Assembly: GCA_965203175.1 (NCBI GenBank)
Contig: OZ241867.1
Location: 4,672,001-4,736,000, forward strand
Direction: 5' to 3'
DNA: 64,000 nucleotides
Origin: Candidatus Latescibacterota bacterium
Lineage (GTDB): Bacteria; Latescibacterota; UBA2968; UBA8231
Shown here in pieces: positions 45,787 through 55,049 of this stretch. Numbering within the stretch: position 1 is the first letter of the stretch; every line of letters starts with the position of its first letter. The position numbers and the translations under genes were made by a program. The notes under the pieces were generated by a model that ran no database searches, had not been told where the DNA came from, and saw only the letters and a list, made by a program, of their open reading frames with translations.

Positions 45787-48369
45787 TCAATCCTTGGCCT
45801 GCCGACCCTCGATCCTTTCGAGGAGCCAAAGCGCCTTAGTATGCGCCGGCACCTCGGCCAGCACCTCTCGCGCAGTCTGCTCGGCCAATTCTAGTTGTCC
45901 CGCCTGCAAGGCCTTGTTGCCGCGGTCGACGATCAGGTTGGCCAAGGCGTACAGATTGTGTTTGCGCATTTGTTCAATGCGGGCCATGCGCCTCCCATCG
46001 AGCGCAGCAGAGGCCGCCTTGCTCAAGGGTTTTTCGATCTCGAGCAAGGCACCCACGGTGCGCACCTCGATATCTTGATGCGGATCGAGTTCGTAGTCAA
46101 ATCTAGGCACGTTATCCACGAGAATCCGCCCACCGCGACTTAGACTGCGCAGATCCTCGGCCGACGCTAGGAAGCTCCCCAAGACGCTGTCGGACTCGTT
46201 GAGCCACCCCGTATTCGCGTCCAGTGGGTGCCGATAGTGCAGATCACGGCGAATTTCGGGCCTCCCCAGCCGCTCTTCAAGGGCTGGGATGTCGAGCGCA
46301 AAGGTATCCGCCCGTCGGCCAATCAAGACGAACTCTGGTCCATTGAACCAGAGCTGACTCTGCGGAAAGACGCTGATGAAGGTGGCGACGATGTCGAGCA
46401 CCTGCGGCGTGGAAAGCATCCGCACTGGCACGAATTGTGTCACTAGACCGCCGGGATCTAGCCGCTGTCTGAGGCGCTGGTAAAAATCTTTGGTGTAAAA
46501 GGAAACGACGCCCGGGCGAAAGAGTTGGCCCACTTCAATGCCGATCACATCGTAGCGGGCTTGACTGTGGCGGATGTAATCCCGGCCGTCTTCTGCCAAG
46601 GCGCGCACCCGAGGGTCGTCCAGCCAAGTCGCGCCAAAGTAGCGGCGGGCGAGATCGAAAACAGCTACTTCCACATCTAGGCAATCGAGCCTATGGACAT
46701 CCCACAACAGAAACCGCCCCGCAGCTTGGCCGGTACCCATACCCACTACGAGTACATCCGTCCCATTGCCATCGCCGCGCAACAGCATGGGCAGATGACC
46801 GGCAAAGGTCTGTTGGTTCTTCTTGTTTGAACCCTGCCACAAGCGGTCAATCCCCAGCAGCACCTTGTCTTCGAGTTGCACCACGGCAAGGCTGGCACCT
46901 TGACCCTCCACTACTTCGAGCAGGGTCCCCTCGGAAGACAGATGGTCGTGGGGAAGACTCGTTTTGAGCAGGGTCGCGGCGAGCCCCCACCCGATTACAC
47001 TGAAGGCGATCAGCAAGGCAGCAACTCGCCGACCTAGCTGGCGGCCCGCTCCTGCGGCAAAGGCCACGCAGCCCCCAACAATGGCCATGCCGGTGACCGT
47101 CCTCAGCGCGAGATCAAGCCCCAACCAAGAAAGCCCCCAAGCCATGATCATTGCGCTCGCAATGGAACCTGCGGTATTGATTGCCGTCAGCCGGCCGATC
47201 GTCCAACTCGCATCGGCTACGTTCCTCGACACCAGTCGGACCACGAGGGGAAACGAAGCGCCCGAAGCCAGCGCACCCGGCAGCAACATGGCACCGTGCA
47301 GGCCCATGAAGTGGTTGGCGCTTATCAGCTCTGGAGCGGCCTGCGCGAGCGCCGTCCAGATGTCCCGGGGCAGCTTCATCGCGACTAGGACGCTCAGTCC
47401 TGTGAAAGCCTGAAGGCTGCCGAAGACGACGACTGGATGCCGACTGCGGTCGCACAGCGGCGCAATGACGAGGCTGCCGATGCCGATGCCGAGCAGGATC
47501 ACGACGAGCGGCAGCGTGTACGCGTACACCGAACTGGTAATCATCAAGGGCAGGTAGCGCGCCCACAGAATCTCGATGGCCACGCCGACAAACCCGGTCA
47601 GGAAGAACAAGGGCAGCAGGACGGAGACCTGCTGCATTCTTCCCGCGTCTGTCGCTTGGTCTTCTCGGTTGGACTGCTCAGTAAGAGGAGCGGAGTGCGT
47701 TTGCCAACAGACCAGTAGCACGGCGACGCCACACAGGACATTGAGACCTGCCCCTAGGTAGATAGTCGCGGCGAGCCCCAGAACCGGCAGGGTCGCAAAG
47801 CCAGCTAAGGCAGCCCCAGCGGCAGCTCCCAGCGCATTGATGCCGTAGAGGCCACCCGCAGTGAATCCGAGGCTGCGGTGTCGGCGGATGATCGCCCTAG
47901 CGAGCAAGGGAACCGTCGTCCCCATCAGAACCGTGGGCACGATGATTACGGCTGCCACCAAGGCCAAGCGCGCCAGCGCGATCCATGGAGCCGAGCCATC
48001 GGCCCAGCGATAGAGCATTCCGTAGCCGTCGTCGGCCACGTCCAGCAGTGCGTTGCTCGCTAGGCCCAACACCGCGATGGCCAGTTCGACGATCCCATAG
48101 ATCCGCAACGGACGGTGCAGCGACGTCGACAGACGACCGGCCAAGGCACTGCCCATGGCCAGTCCGAGGAAAAAAACGGCGAGCACCGTTGCTAAGGCGA
48201 AGGTCGTGCTGCCAAAGAACAGTCCGGCCTTTCTGATCCAGCAGACTTCGTAGAACAGGCTCGCGGCCCCCGACAGGAAAAGGCAACTGAGCGCCGTTGC
48301 CATCTCGAATGGAGAAGGACCGGACGCCCCACTGGGGGAAGCAGGCTCTAGCGCGGCCACGTTGGGCAA
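45787..48369 (-). CDS. Fused membrane domain/spermidine synthase-like SAM-binding protein
   Basis: SGAASLFYEVCW, LYGINALG, VVGMGTG, EDGR, YDVI. The true start may be ATG 48303. Confidence 0.8.
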   Translation of the reverse strand: MPNVAALEPASPSGASGPSPFEMATALSCLFLSGAASLFYEVCWIRKAGLFFGSTTFALATVLAVFFLGLAMGSALAGRLSTSLHRPLRIYGIVELAIAVLGLASNALLDVADDGYGMLYRWADGSAPWIALARLALVAAVIIVPTVLMGTTVPLLARAIIRRHRSLGFTAGGLYGINALGAAAGAALAGFATLPVLGLAATIYLGAGLNVLCGVAVLLVCWQTHSAPLTEQSNREDQATDAGRMQQVSVLLPLFFLTGFVGVAIEILWARYLPLMITSSVYAYTLPLVVILLGIGIGSLVIAPLCDRSRHPVVVFGSLQAFTGLSVLVAMKLPRDIWTALAQAAPELISANHFMGLHGAMLLPGALASGASFPLVVRLVSRNVADASWTIGRLTAINTAGSIASAMIMAWGLSWLGLDLALRTVTGMAIVGGCVAFAAGAGRQLGRRVAALLIAFSVIGWGLAATLLKTSLPHDHLSSEGTLLEVVEGQGASLAVVQLEDKVLLGIDRLWQGSNKKNQQTFAGHLPMLLRGDGNGTDVLVVGMGTGQAAGRFLLWDVHRLDCLDVEVAVFDLARRYFGATWLDDPRVRALAEDGRDYIRHSQARYDVIGIEVGQLFRPGVVSFYTKDFYQRLRQRLDPGGLVTQFVPVRMLSTPQVLDIVATFISVFPQSQLWFNGPEFVLIGRRADTFALDIPALEERLGRPEIRRDLHYRHPLDANTGWLNESDSVLGSFLASAEDLRSLSRGGRILVDNVPRFDYELDPHQDIEVRTVGALLEIEKPLSKAASAALDGRRMARIEQMRKHNLYALANLIVDRGNKALQAGQLELAEQTAREVLAEVPAHTKALWLLERIEGRQAKD

Positions 48370-50364
48370 CTATACTTGGGTGAGGAAACTGTCCATGTGG
48401 CCGGTGAAATAATCGATGACCAGCCAGACTCCGGCCGCCACAATTTCTCCGAGGATAAGACCGAGGAAAAACGGGCGTAAGCTGCGGTACAGTTTGGGGC
48501 CGCCATACCGCAGGATGACCAATTTGAGGAACCAAGCGAGGACTACGCTGGCGTAAATGTGACTGGTCTTCCAATTGGCGCTGATCAAATAACCCAGTGG
48601 ACTGAGGGGCCACCATAGGGCCTGGTGCCTGACCCACATCAATCCCGCCATCACCGCCCCGCCAATGCCCATGAATAGCCAGGCGTCGAGGCGAGGGCCC
48701 GTGGGCTCTGCGACAATGCGCGGGGCCATATCCGTGGGGCCAATGCCCCCCTTCCAGCCGAAAAAGAGCGGATTGAGGTTGATGCCGCCGTATTTATAGG
48801 CCAAGTACAAAACCATGTACGTAGAGCCTATTAGACTGACCACAATAGCGATGAGCACGGCCCAGAACAGCCGGCGCTTGGACCCGCCGATGATCTCGCT
48901 CATTTTTAGCCCATTGGCCACCGACGCCATCACAAAAGAGCGGATCTCGGAGTGCCAGCCATAGGAAAAACCCAGCGCCACCAGCCCAGAAGCCCCTAAG
49001 ACTTGGGTGCCGCCCCCCGAGATGACAAAGGTCGAACTCATCACCGGCGGTCTCATGGCCGGGACGCCGCCTTCGGTCACGACGCGGGTCAGGCTGAGAA
49101 AAATTACCATGGCGCTGAAGATGAACATCAGGGTTCCCAACAGCGGCAGGCCGCTTACCGACAGGCCAAAGCCAAAGAGGAACAGCGAACCGAATAGACC
49201 CAACACCGCCTGCCGATAAGACACCACCTCGCCGGAGTCGTCTATTTCGGGGGCGCGTCCAATTGCCTTGCGGAATACATCGCCTAGGTGTTCGCGCGTC
49301 CCCCACAACATGATCAGCACGAAGACGATCATCGCCCCCATGCCCTGATGGGAGGTGTACGTATCGCGAGCGTAGTGGTCTATCCGCTCCGTACTCTGGA
49401 TGCCGACGACGTTGAAGATGCCCTTCTGAATCAGGGTGAGGGTGTGGAAAACCCAGATGGACGCGGAAATGTCGAGACCGACGAAATAGAAGAAGCCGAG
49501 CCAAGATGGACTGAAGGAGAACCAAAGCGTGACTGTGTCGCGGAAAATGGGCAGCCTGAAATCCCGCTCAATGGACGGAAAGGAAGGGGAATAGGAATGC
49601 AGCCCGTTGATACTTATCAGAATAAACGAAAAGGCAAAGGCGACCCACATTGATTTATTGGTAAAGAAGGACTTGCCAATAATTCCCTTTCTCTGCTGCT
49701 GGATCATCTCCATGGGCACCTGGACCAAGGGATAGACCAGTTTTTCGCGGTCCACCCACTGCTTGCGCAGAATGATCATCGTAAACGTCATGACCAGACA
49801 CAGCGAGAGGAAGAAACCGTACCAGTAGGCCAGCGGCACAACCCAAGGCTCCCAGGGAATGGGGGCACCTTGGGGCAGTCCTTCGTAGAAATAGCGCGCG
49901 ACGTCTTCCCCCTGCGGAATGAGCCAGTTGGGTATGAACTGGTTGTACACTTCGGCCCAGTCGTTCTCAGGGGTGGCGTAGTAAATGGGCCCCACCAGTT
50001 GGGGCAGCAGAACCGGCGTCAACCCCATGCTAGGGACGCAGCAGCTCACTATCATCATGATGTAGATAGTGATCAGTTCGGTCTGGCTTAGCGCCAAGGG
50101 CCTGCGGATGAGGGCTACTAGGCCGCTGGCCAGCACCAGAATAAAGAAGAAGAACAGGGCCGCCGGCGTGCTAAAATTCAACGTCAGGTACGACCCGCGT
50201 ATCATGAGGGTGCAATACACATCGAGGAAATTGATCAGAAAGGCGAGCACCGCACCGATCAATATGCCCCTCAGGGGAATGCCGGTGGCACTTTGCTGAT
50301 CAGCTTCCAAGTTGGTCTCTTTCGTCAGGTATTGCAGGTACTCTGCGGGGATTTTCTTTTTCAC
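48370..50364 (-). CDS. DUF6785/DUF6784-type polytopic membrane protein (putative transporter)
   Basis: LRKQWVDREKLVYPLVQVP, EGG, WPLSPLG, RYGG...PFFLGLILGE. Confidence 0.75.
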   Translation of the reverse strand: MKKKIPAEYLQYLTKETNLEADQQSATGIPLRGILIGAVLAFLINFLDVYCTLMIRGSYLTLNFSTPAALFFFFILVLASGLVALIRRPLALSQTELITIYIMMIVSCCVPSMGLTPVLLPQLVGPIYYATPENDWAEVYNQFIPNWLIPQGEDVARYFYEGLPQGAPIPWEPWVVPLAYWYGFFLSLCLVMTFTMIILRKQWVDREKLVYPLVQVPMEMIQQQRKGIIGKSFFTNKSMWVAFAFSFILISINGLHSYSPSFPSIERDFRLPIFRDTVTLWFSFSPSWLGFFYFVGLDISASIWVFHTLTLIQKGIFNVVGIQSTERIDHYARDTYTSHQGMGAMIVFVLIMLWGTREHLGDVFRKAIGRAPEIDDSGEVVSYRQAVLGLFGSLFLFGFGLSVSGLPLLGTLMFIFSAMVIFLSLTRVVTEGGVPAMRPPVMSSTFVISGGGTQVLGASGLVALGFSYGWHSEIRSFVMASVANGLKMSEIIGGSKRRLFWAVLIAIVVSLIGSTYMVLYLAYKYGGINLNPLFFGWKGGIGPTDMAPRIVAEPTGPRLDAWLFMGIGGAVMAGLMWVRHQALWWPLSPLGYLISANWKTSHIYASVVLAWFLKLVILRYGGPKLYRSLRPFFLGLILGEIVAAGVWLVIDYFTGHMDSFLTQV

Positions 50365-50490
50365 ACCACCCTCTGTCCCGAGCGGCTATAGGGACCGGCT
50401 AGTACCTGCCCTACAGTTGGGCAGGCGATGGAGGAATGGAATCAGAGGGACGACGTCCCGCAGGGCCACCAGCCCCTGCGGGATTGACGG
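50365..50490 (-). promoter_or_regulatory. Structured intercistronic leader able to sequester the RBS
   Basis: Complementary pairs at 50369-75/50443-49, 50375-79/50391-95, 50405-11/50419-25, 50456-65/50474-83, and a competing pair at 50447-51/50455-59. Confidence 0.45.
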
Positions 50491-50532
50491 CCTGCGCTGC
50501 GGCAACGCCGGGAGGAATTTGCGTTTATACTC

Positions 50533-53058
50533 TCAGTACACACTAGCCACGACCGTGGCCACCGTCGATTCACCAACACTCTCTGCGTCCACCTCTGGAC
50601 CGACCCGACAGATATACAAGCCAGGCGGCAACAGCACTCCATCCCGGTCCCGGCCGTCCCAACTCACCTCCTGCACACCCGCGGCGTGCGCTACGGGCTG
50701 CGCCCGGCGGTGTACTAGCGATCCGTCGAGAGCATAGACCTCCAATATCAGCGAGGCCTGCCCCGGCATCTTAAATACGGGGAAGACGAATTTCACCGCA
50801 TCGTTAATGCCGTCTCCATTCGGCGTGAACGGATTCGCCACTACCTCCATATCGCCTACCAGTCCACCGGCCACCGGCGTCAGCACGGTCAGGCCCTCGC
50901 CCGCGTCAGTCGCGTCCACCCGCTGCCACACCACCTCCTCTTCCGCGCCTAAGCCCACCGAGACCAGAAAGGCATTGCTCGCCAGATAAAACGCGCTTGA
51001 AAAGCGCAGGGCTACCTCGGTGCCGGCCTCTTGCACGACCGCGGGCATGTGGATCCACAGCGAGTCAGAGCCGGTGGTGATCCCCAGTTCACTCGCCGAG
51101 TACACCTCTTGGCCCACGGTCACATCCACCAACTCCACTTCGGCGCTAGGGGGCACTTCAAAGAGCACCTGATCAAACCCCAAACCCGCCGACCCTGCCT
51201 CGTTGGGCGGGATCGTCAGAAACAGCGTGAACTCCTCGGGTTGACCGCTCTGTTGAGCTCTGCGGGGCGTTACTTCACCCAGAATTTGGTGGGCCAATGG
51301 ATCTTTCAGACCAATATTCAGGTTGTGCAACACCGCAGATTGGTGGGGATCGTCCGAGAGCAGAGCAGCCTCAATTATTATATAGCGCCGAGGGCTAGGC
51401 GAGGTGATGGCCGCCCCAGGTTGCTCGTAAAATTGGCTCCACGGACTCCAATCCCCCTCGTCGGGCACAAACGCCACCGTCGAATCCCCCCGCATAAACG
51501 ACAGCGTCTTGCGATAGTCGGCCTCGGTCACTTCAACCCCTTGTTTGTTAAAAAAATGCTTGTCCTCGGTGAGTCGGTTTCCGGTCCGGGTGCGGATCTG
51601 TAGCTGAGTGCCAGGCGGCGTTTGGGCCTCCCAAGAAATGTTGGAAAGGATGCGGGGGGCATCTCCCAACTCGATCGCCGGCGTTTGCAGCGTGACCTGC
51701 GGCAGAAAACCAAAGCCGTAGAGCAGCAGTTGCCTTATATCGGCTCCCCACGCTACCCGCCCGACGTTGATCAGGCGATAGTCGAACTTGAAATAGCGCC
51801 CCTTTATGGGGGGAAAGGTATTGGCCTGCATGGTCGTGTTCGACAGCAGCGACCCGGCGGGCGCTTGGGCCTCGCGGCCAAGCGTGACATCGTCTCTGCC
51901 GCGCGCAATCACAGAGGCAAAGACCCGGCTGCCATCGGGTGCCAGACTGCCATCCGAAAGACTGAGTATATAATTGGGAAAAATGTTATTGCCGTAGACA
52001 ATAAAGGTGCTGTCAACCCAGTACCAGGTACCCAAGTCGAACAGTAGGTTTCGGTCCCGATTCTTGACTTGCGCTCCACCCACGCCGGAAAACGACACTT
52101 CTGCATTCCAAGCGGTGGTGTAATTGCCGTCAACTGTATTAGATTGTCCGCCCACGCCCCCAAAGGCCTCGATCGACCCTCCGCGCTCCTTCCAGCCCAA
52201 ACTAATATTCTCCCCCACCGTCCACACCTCCACTTCCGCCAACCGAGGACGCTCCGAACGATAATAGCGAATCGGACCCTTAAAACGATCCTCCCGAATC
52301 GCCTCATACTCCGCCTGAGATACCTCCCGCTCCAACCCCGTCGACTCCCGACGAAAATAAAGCACATCCCCCCGGTCCGACGCTGGCAAACCCTCCCAAC
52401 CCGACGCACTCACCTCCGCCCCGCGACGACCATCGCTGGCCGTAGCCACAATCTGCACATACTGGACTAAATCCCCGCTCAAACCCGGATCCGCCAACTT
52501 GGCAGGACGCAGCGCATATTCGAAAACCCGCTGCGTCTTGTTCAACCCCTCGCTGCGACCAGCCACCCGGTAGTCTAGGCTCTGACTGCCCTGAAAAGCT
52601 TCATCGCCATTGGAGGTGAGTACCTTGAACTGCAAAAAGGGATCGCCCACCCCCTCGGCGACAAATTTCACTACCACTTTCTCGGCCCATACCACTCGAC
52701 CTAGATCCACCTCGACCCACCAGTCGCGCAGCGGCGCGTCCAGTGCCGGCTCCCAGTAGGTCTCCTCCAGCCCGTCCATGAGCTGCGCGGCCCCGTCAAA
52801 ATTGGTCCCCGCCCGTCGGATGCCCCCGGTCATGTCCTCGCGGCTGAAGGCACCCGCGTTCAATGAGGCATTGATCTGCCGCCGCACAAAATGAGGCCGA
52901 ACCCCTTCGTCGCTAAAATCCAGGCTGCCCTTGGGGAAATTCCACCCCGGCCAGTCGCTCTCGCTAATGATCAATTGGTTCGGCTCAAGGCGATAGCCTT
53001 GGGCCCAGACCGTAGCGGAGAGCAACAAGGTATAGAGAATGGCTCGCATGCTGTTCAT
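50533..53058 (-). CDS. Exported double-discoidin-like + FlgD-Ig protein (subtype II)
   Basis: Start MNSMRAIL with G-rich SD; scaffold near-identical to 43214..45781; NPFTPNGDGIND...SVY*. Confidence 0.82.
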   Translation of the reverse strand: MNSMRAILYTLLLSATVWAQGYRLEPNQLIISESDWPGWNFPKGSLDFSDEGVRPHFVRRQINASLNAGAFSREDMTGGIRRAGTNFDGAAQLMDGLEETYWEPALDAPLRDWWVEVDLGRVVWAEKVVVKFVAEGVGDPFLQFKVLTSNGDEAFQGSQSLDYRVAGRSEGLNKTQRVFEYALRPAKLADPGLSGDLVQYVQIVATASDGRRGAEVSASGWEGLPASDRGDVLYFRRESTGLEREVSQAEYEAIREDRFKGPIRYYRSERPRLAEVEVWTVGENISLGWKERGGSIEAFGGVGGQSNTVDGNYTTAWNAEVSFSGVGGAQVKNRDRNLLFDLGTWYWVDSTFIVYGNNIFPNYILSLSDGSLAPDGSRVFASVIARGRDDVTLGREAQAPAGSLLSNTTMQANTFPPIKGRYFKFDYRLINVGRVAWGADIRQLLLYGFGFLPQVTLQTPAIELGDAPRILSNISWEAQTPPGTQLQIRTRTGNRLTEDKHFFNKQGVEVTEADYRKTLSFMRGDSTVAFVPDEGDWSPWSQFYEQPGAAITSPSPRRYIIIEAALLSDDPHQSAVLHNLNIGLKDPLAHQILGEVTPRRAQQSGQPEEFTLFLTIPPNEAGSAGLGFDQVLFEVPPSAEVELVDVTVGQEVYSASELGITTGSDSLWIHMPAVVQEAGTEVALRFSSAFYLASNAFLVSVGLGAEEEVVWQRVDATDAGEGLTVLTPVAGGLVGDMEVVANPFTPNGDGINDAVKFVFPVFKMPGQASLILEVYALDGSLVHRRAQPVAHAAGVQEVSWDGRDRDGVLLPPGLYICRVGPEVDAESVGESTVATVVASVY

Positions 53059-53083
53059 AAGATCTGCTCTACCCCCTTGCGAC

Positions 53084-55000
53084 CTAGTAAACCACTGCAA
53101 TGGTTCCAGTTTGCTGATCGTCCCCGTTTTTGGCCTTCACGACGATGCGGTACATATAGAGGCCGGGTGCCACCAGTTCTTGCTGATCGTCTCTACCGTT
53201 CCACGAAAAGCTGAATCGGCCGCTCTCGTGCAGCCCTTCCTGCTGGCGCAACAGCCGACCGGACAGGTCGAAAATTTCCAGTCTCAAGGGCACGTTTTCC
53301 GTCACCTGTAGCAGATTCAAAGAGAATCTGGAGATATCGTTCACCCCATCCCCATTGGGGCTGAAGACCCTAGGCTCAACCAGTAGGTCTGCCAGCAGAC
53401 GCGGGCTCAGCGAAGTGCGCACCGAGAGGGTTTCGCTCACGAATTCGGGCGCGGCATTGCCCGGATTGATCCGCTGTGCCAATTCCAAGGGACGCTCGGA
53501 ATCCCGAACCCAGCCGTCGAATGGAGTGCCGTAGCGCAACACGGGGGCGCGAAAGTACACCTCGACTGGCCCACCTAGATCGCCCGCTTCTCGGCGCGGC
53601 GAAAGCTTCACGGAAAAGAGGGTCGAATCCGGGCTCTCGACCTGGACGGACCAATCCACTAGACCCGTGGCCCGCACCGAATCAACACCGGCAAAGCCAA
53701 AGGGGGCAGCTATTTCAATCTGGTCGAAACCAGAGTGGTCCGGCGTCATAGTGGGAGAAACCGCGTACGTGAATTGCGAGATTTCGCCCAAAGGCACTTC
53801 GGGGGGATAGACTTCTCCTACTACATTCTGAGCTAAAGGAGGCTTGGTGACCGAAAACTCGACGAAATCCACCTCCCCGCCCAGCAAGGCATCGGGCTGG
53901 AAATCGACGCGGAATTGGAAGACGTTATTGGGGCTTGGCGAGATCACGGAAGTGCCGAGGCTGTCGGCGAATTCATAAGGAGGCGACCAGAAGCTCCAGT
54001 TTTCGATATCGTAGGTAATTTCCGCAGCCTCGCCGGTTTTCAAGCCGGCATAGCCCTTTGCATCCAGCAGCTTCCCCCTCTCGTCAAAGCGGGAAAGCTC
54101 GTCCCCCCGTCCGGTATTGCGCCAGTACACATTGGGGTCCAATGTCTTGCCGGAGCGCGAATGGATATCGATTCTGACTCCTGGGTCTTTCCGGCCCTGC
54201 CAGCGCATCTCGCCTAAAATGGCCGGTTCTTCCAAGTCGAACATCTTGCTGACATAGGAGGCCCTATTGACAAAACCCTCCCCGTAGATCTCCACCTCGG
54301 CTATTTCCATATTTCTACTGGTCGTCACGGTGATCTGCAAGCCCACCTCCGTGGCCCGCATAGTGGGAAAGACCGCCTCTACGGTGTCTTGGGTATTTTC
54401 TACTATGGAAAAAACCGTCCTGCCGGGATCCACGCCGCCGTATGAGCCCCGCTCTACAATCTGGGGAATCGTGCTAGTAGTGACTAGGAGCTTGTCTGGA
54501 TAAAGGGAGGTGCCCTGCGTACTGATGAGCCGAACCCGGTTTACGGAGAAGGCCCCCCCCAAATCGAAGATGAGCCAACTCGAGCGGTCCCCGGACTGAA
54601 ATACATAGCCGTAGGGCTGCTTTAGGTAAAAGGTACTAAGATCCCCATCGACCATCCGCGTAGCATGGCAACCGTCGAGGAGAAATTGGTACCCTCCGCA
54701 CCCGCGCGAAAAGGGCCCACCGCCGCGCGTCAAACTAGTCAGGGCGATATTGTCCTCTGGGGTCAGGAAGAGAGGCCGCAGAATATCCTCCTCGGCAAAT
54801 ACCTCGTCGTCAAAACCGTCTTTCTCCAGAAAATCACTCCACGGCACTGGGGTGAAAGTGACCGAGGGATCCGACGCCTCCGGCGGTGGCGGCAAATTTT
54901 CGCCGCCAATGCGAAAAATCTCCAAGGCACCGGATCGACCCGCCAGCATGGCTAGAGCCAAAGCGGCTATAAGCAGTGAAATCGGCATCGTTCTTTTCAT
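53084..55000 (-). CDS. Exported discoidin-like + FlgD-Ig protein (subtype I)
   Basis: Signal peptide; IFRIGGE; MVDGD...FDLG; WSFWSPPY; FSPNGDGVND...VVY*. Confidence 0.8.
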   Translation of the reverse strand: MKRTMPISLLIAALALAMLAGRSGALEIFRIGGENLPPPPEASDPSVTFTPVPWSDFLEKDGFDDEVFAEEDILRPLFLTPEDNIALTSLTRGGGPFSRGCGGYQFLLDGCHATRMVDGDLSTFYLKQPYGYVFQSGDRSSWLIFDLGGAFSVNRVRLISTQGTSLYPDKLLVTTSTIPQIVERGSYGGVDPGRTVFSIVENTQDTVEAVFPTMRATEVGLQITVTTSRNMEIAEVEIYGEGFVNRASYVSKMFDLEEPAILGEMRWQGRKDPGVRIDIHSRSGKTLDPNVYWRNTGRGDELSRFDERGKLLDAKGYAGLKTGEAAEITYDIENWSFWSPPYEFADSLGTSVISPSPNNVFQFRVDFQPDALLGGEVDFVEFSVTKPPLAQNVVGEVYPPEVPLGEISQFTYAVSPTMTPDHSGFDQIEIAAPFGFAGVDSVRATGLVDWSVQVESPDSTLFSVKLSPRREAGDLGGPVEVYFRAPVLRYGTPFDGWVRDSERPLELAQRINPGNAAPEFVSETLSVRTSLSPRLLADLLVEPRVFSPNGDGVNDISRFSLNLLQVTENVPLRLEIFDLSGRLLRQQEGLHESGRFSFSWNGRDDQQELVAPGLYMYRIVVKAKNGDDQQTGTIAVVY

Positions 55001-55049
55001 GCCGCTACCTCCGGGTGTACCCCGTTCGAGGGCCGCGCACTGGCGCGCG

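Noticed and set aside
43214-53058. Diversity-generating retroelement (template/variable repeat pair) explaining the paralog variation
   Set aside because: No reverse transcriptase in the window. Both copies are full genes, and the differences include indels and are not evidently adenine-restricted.
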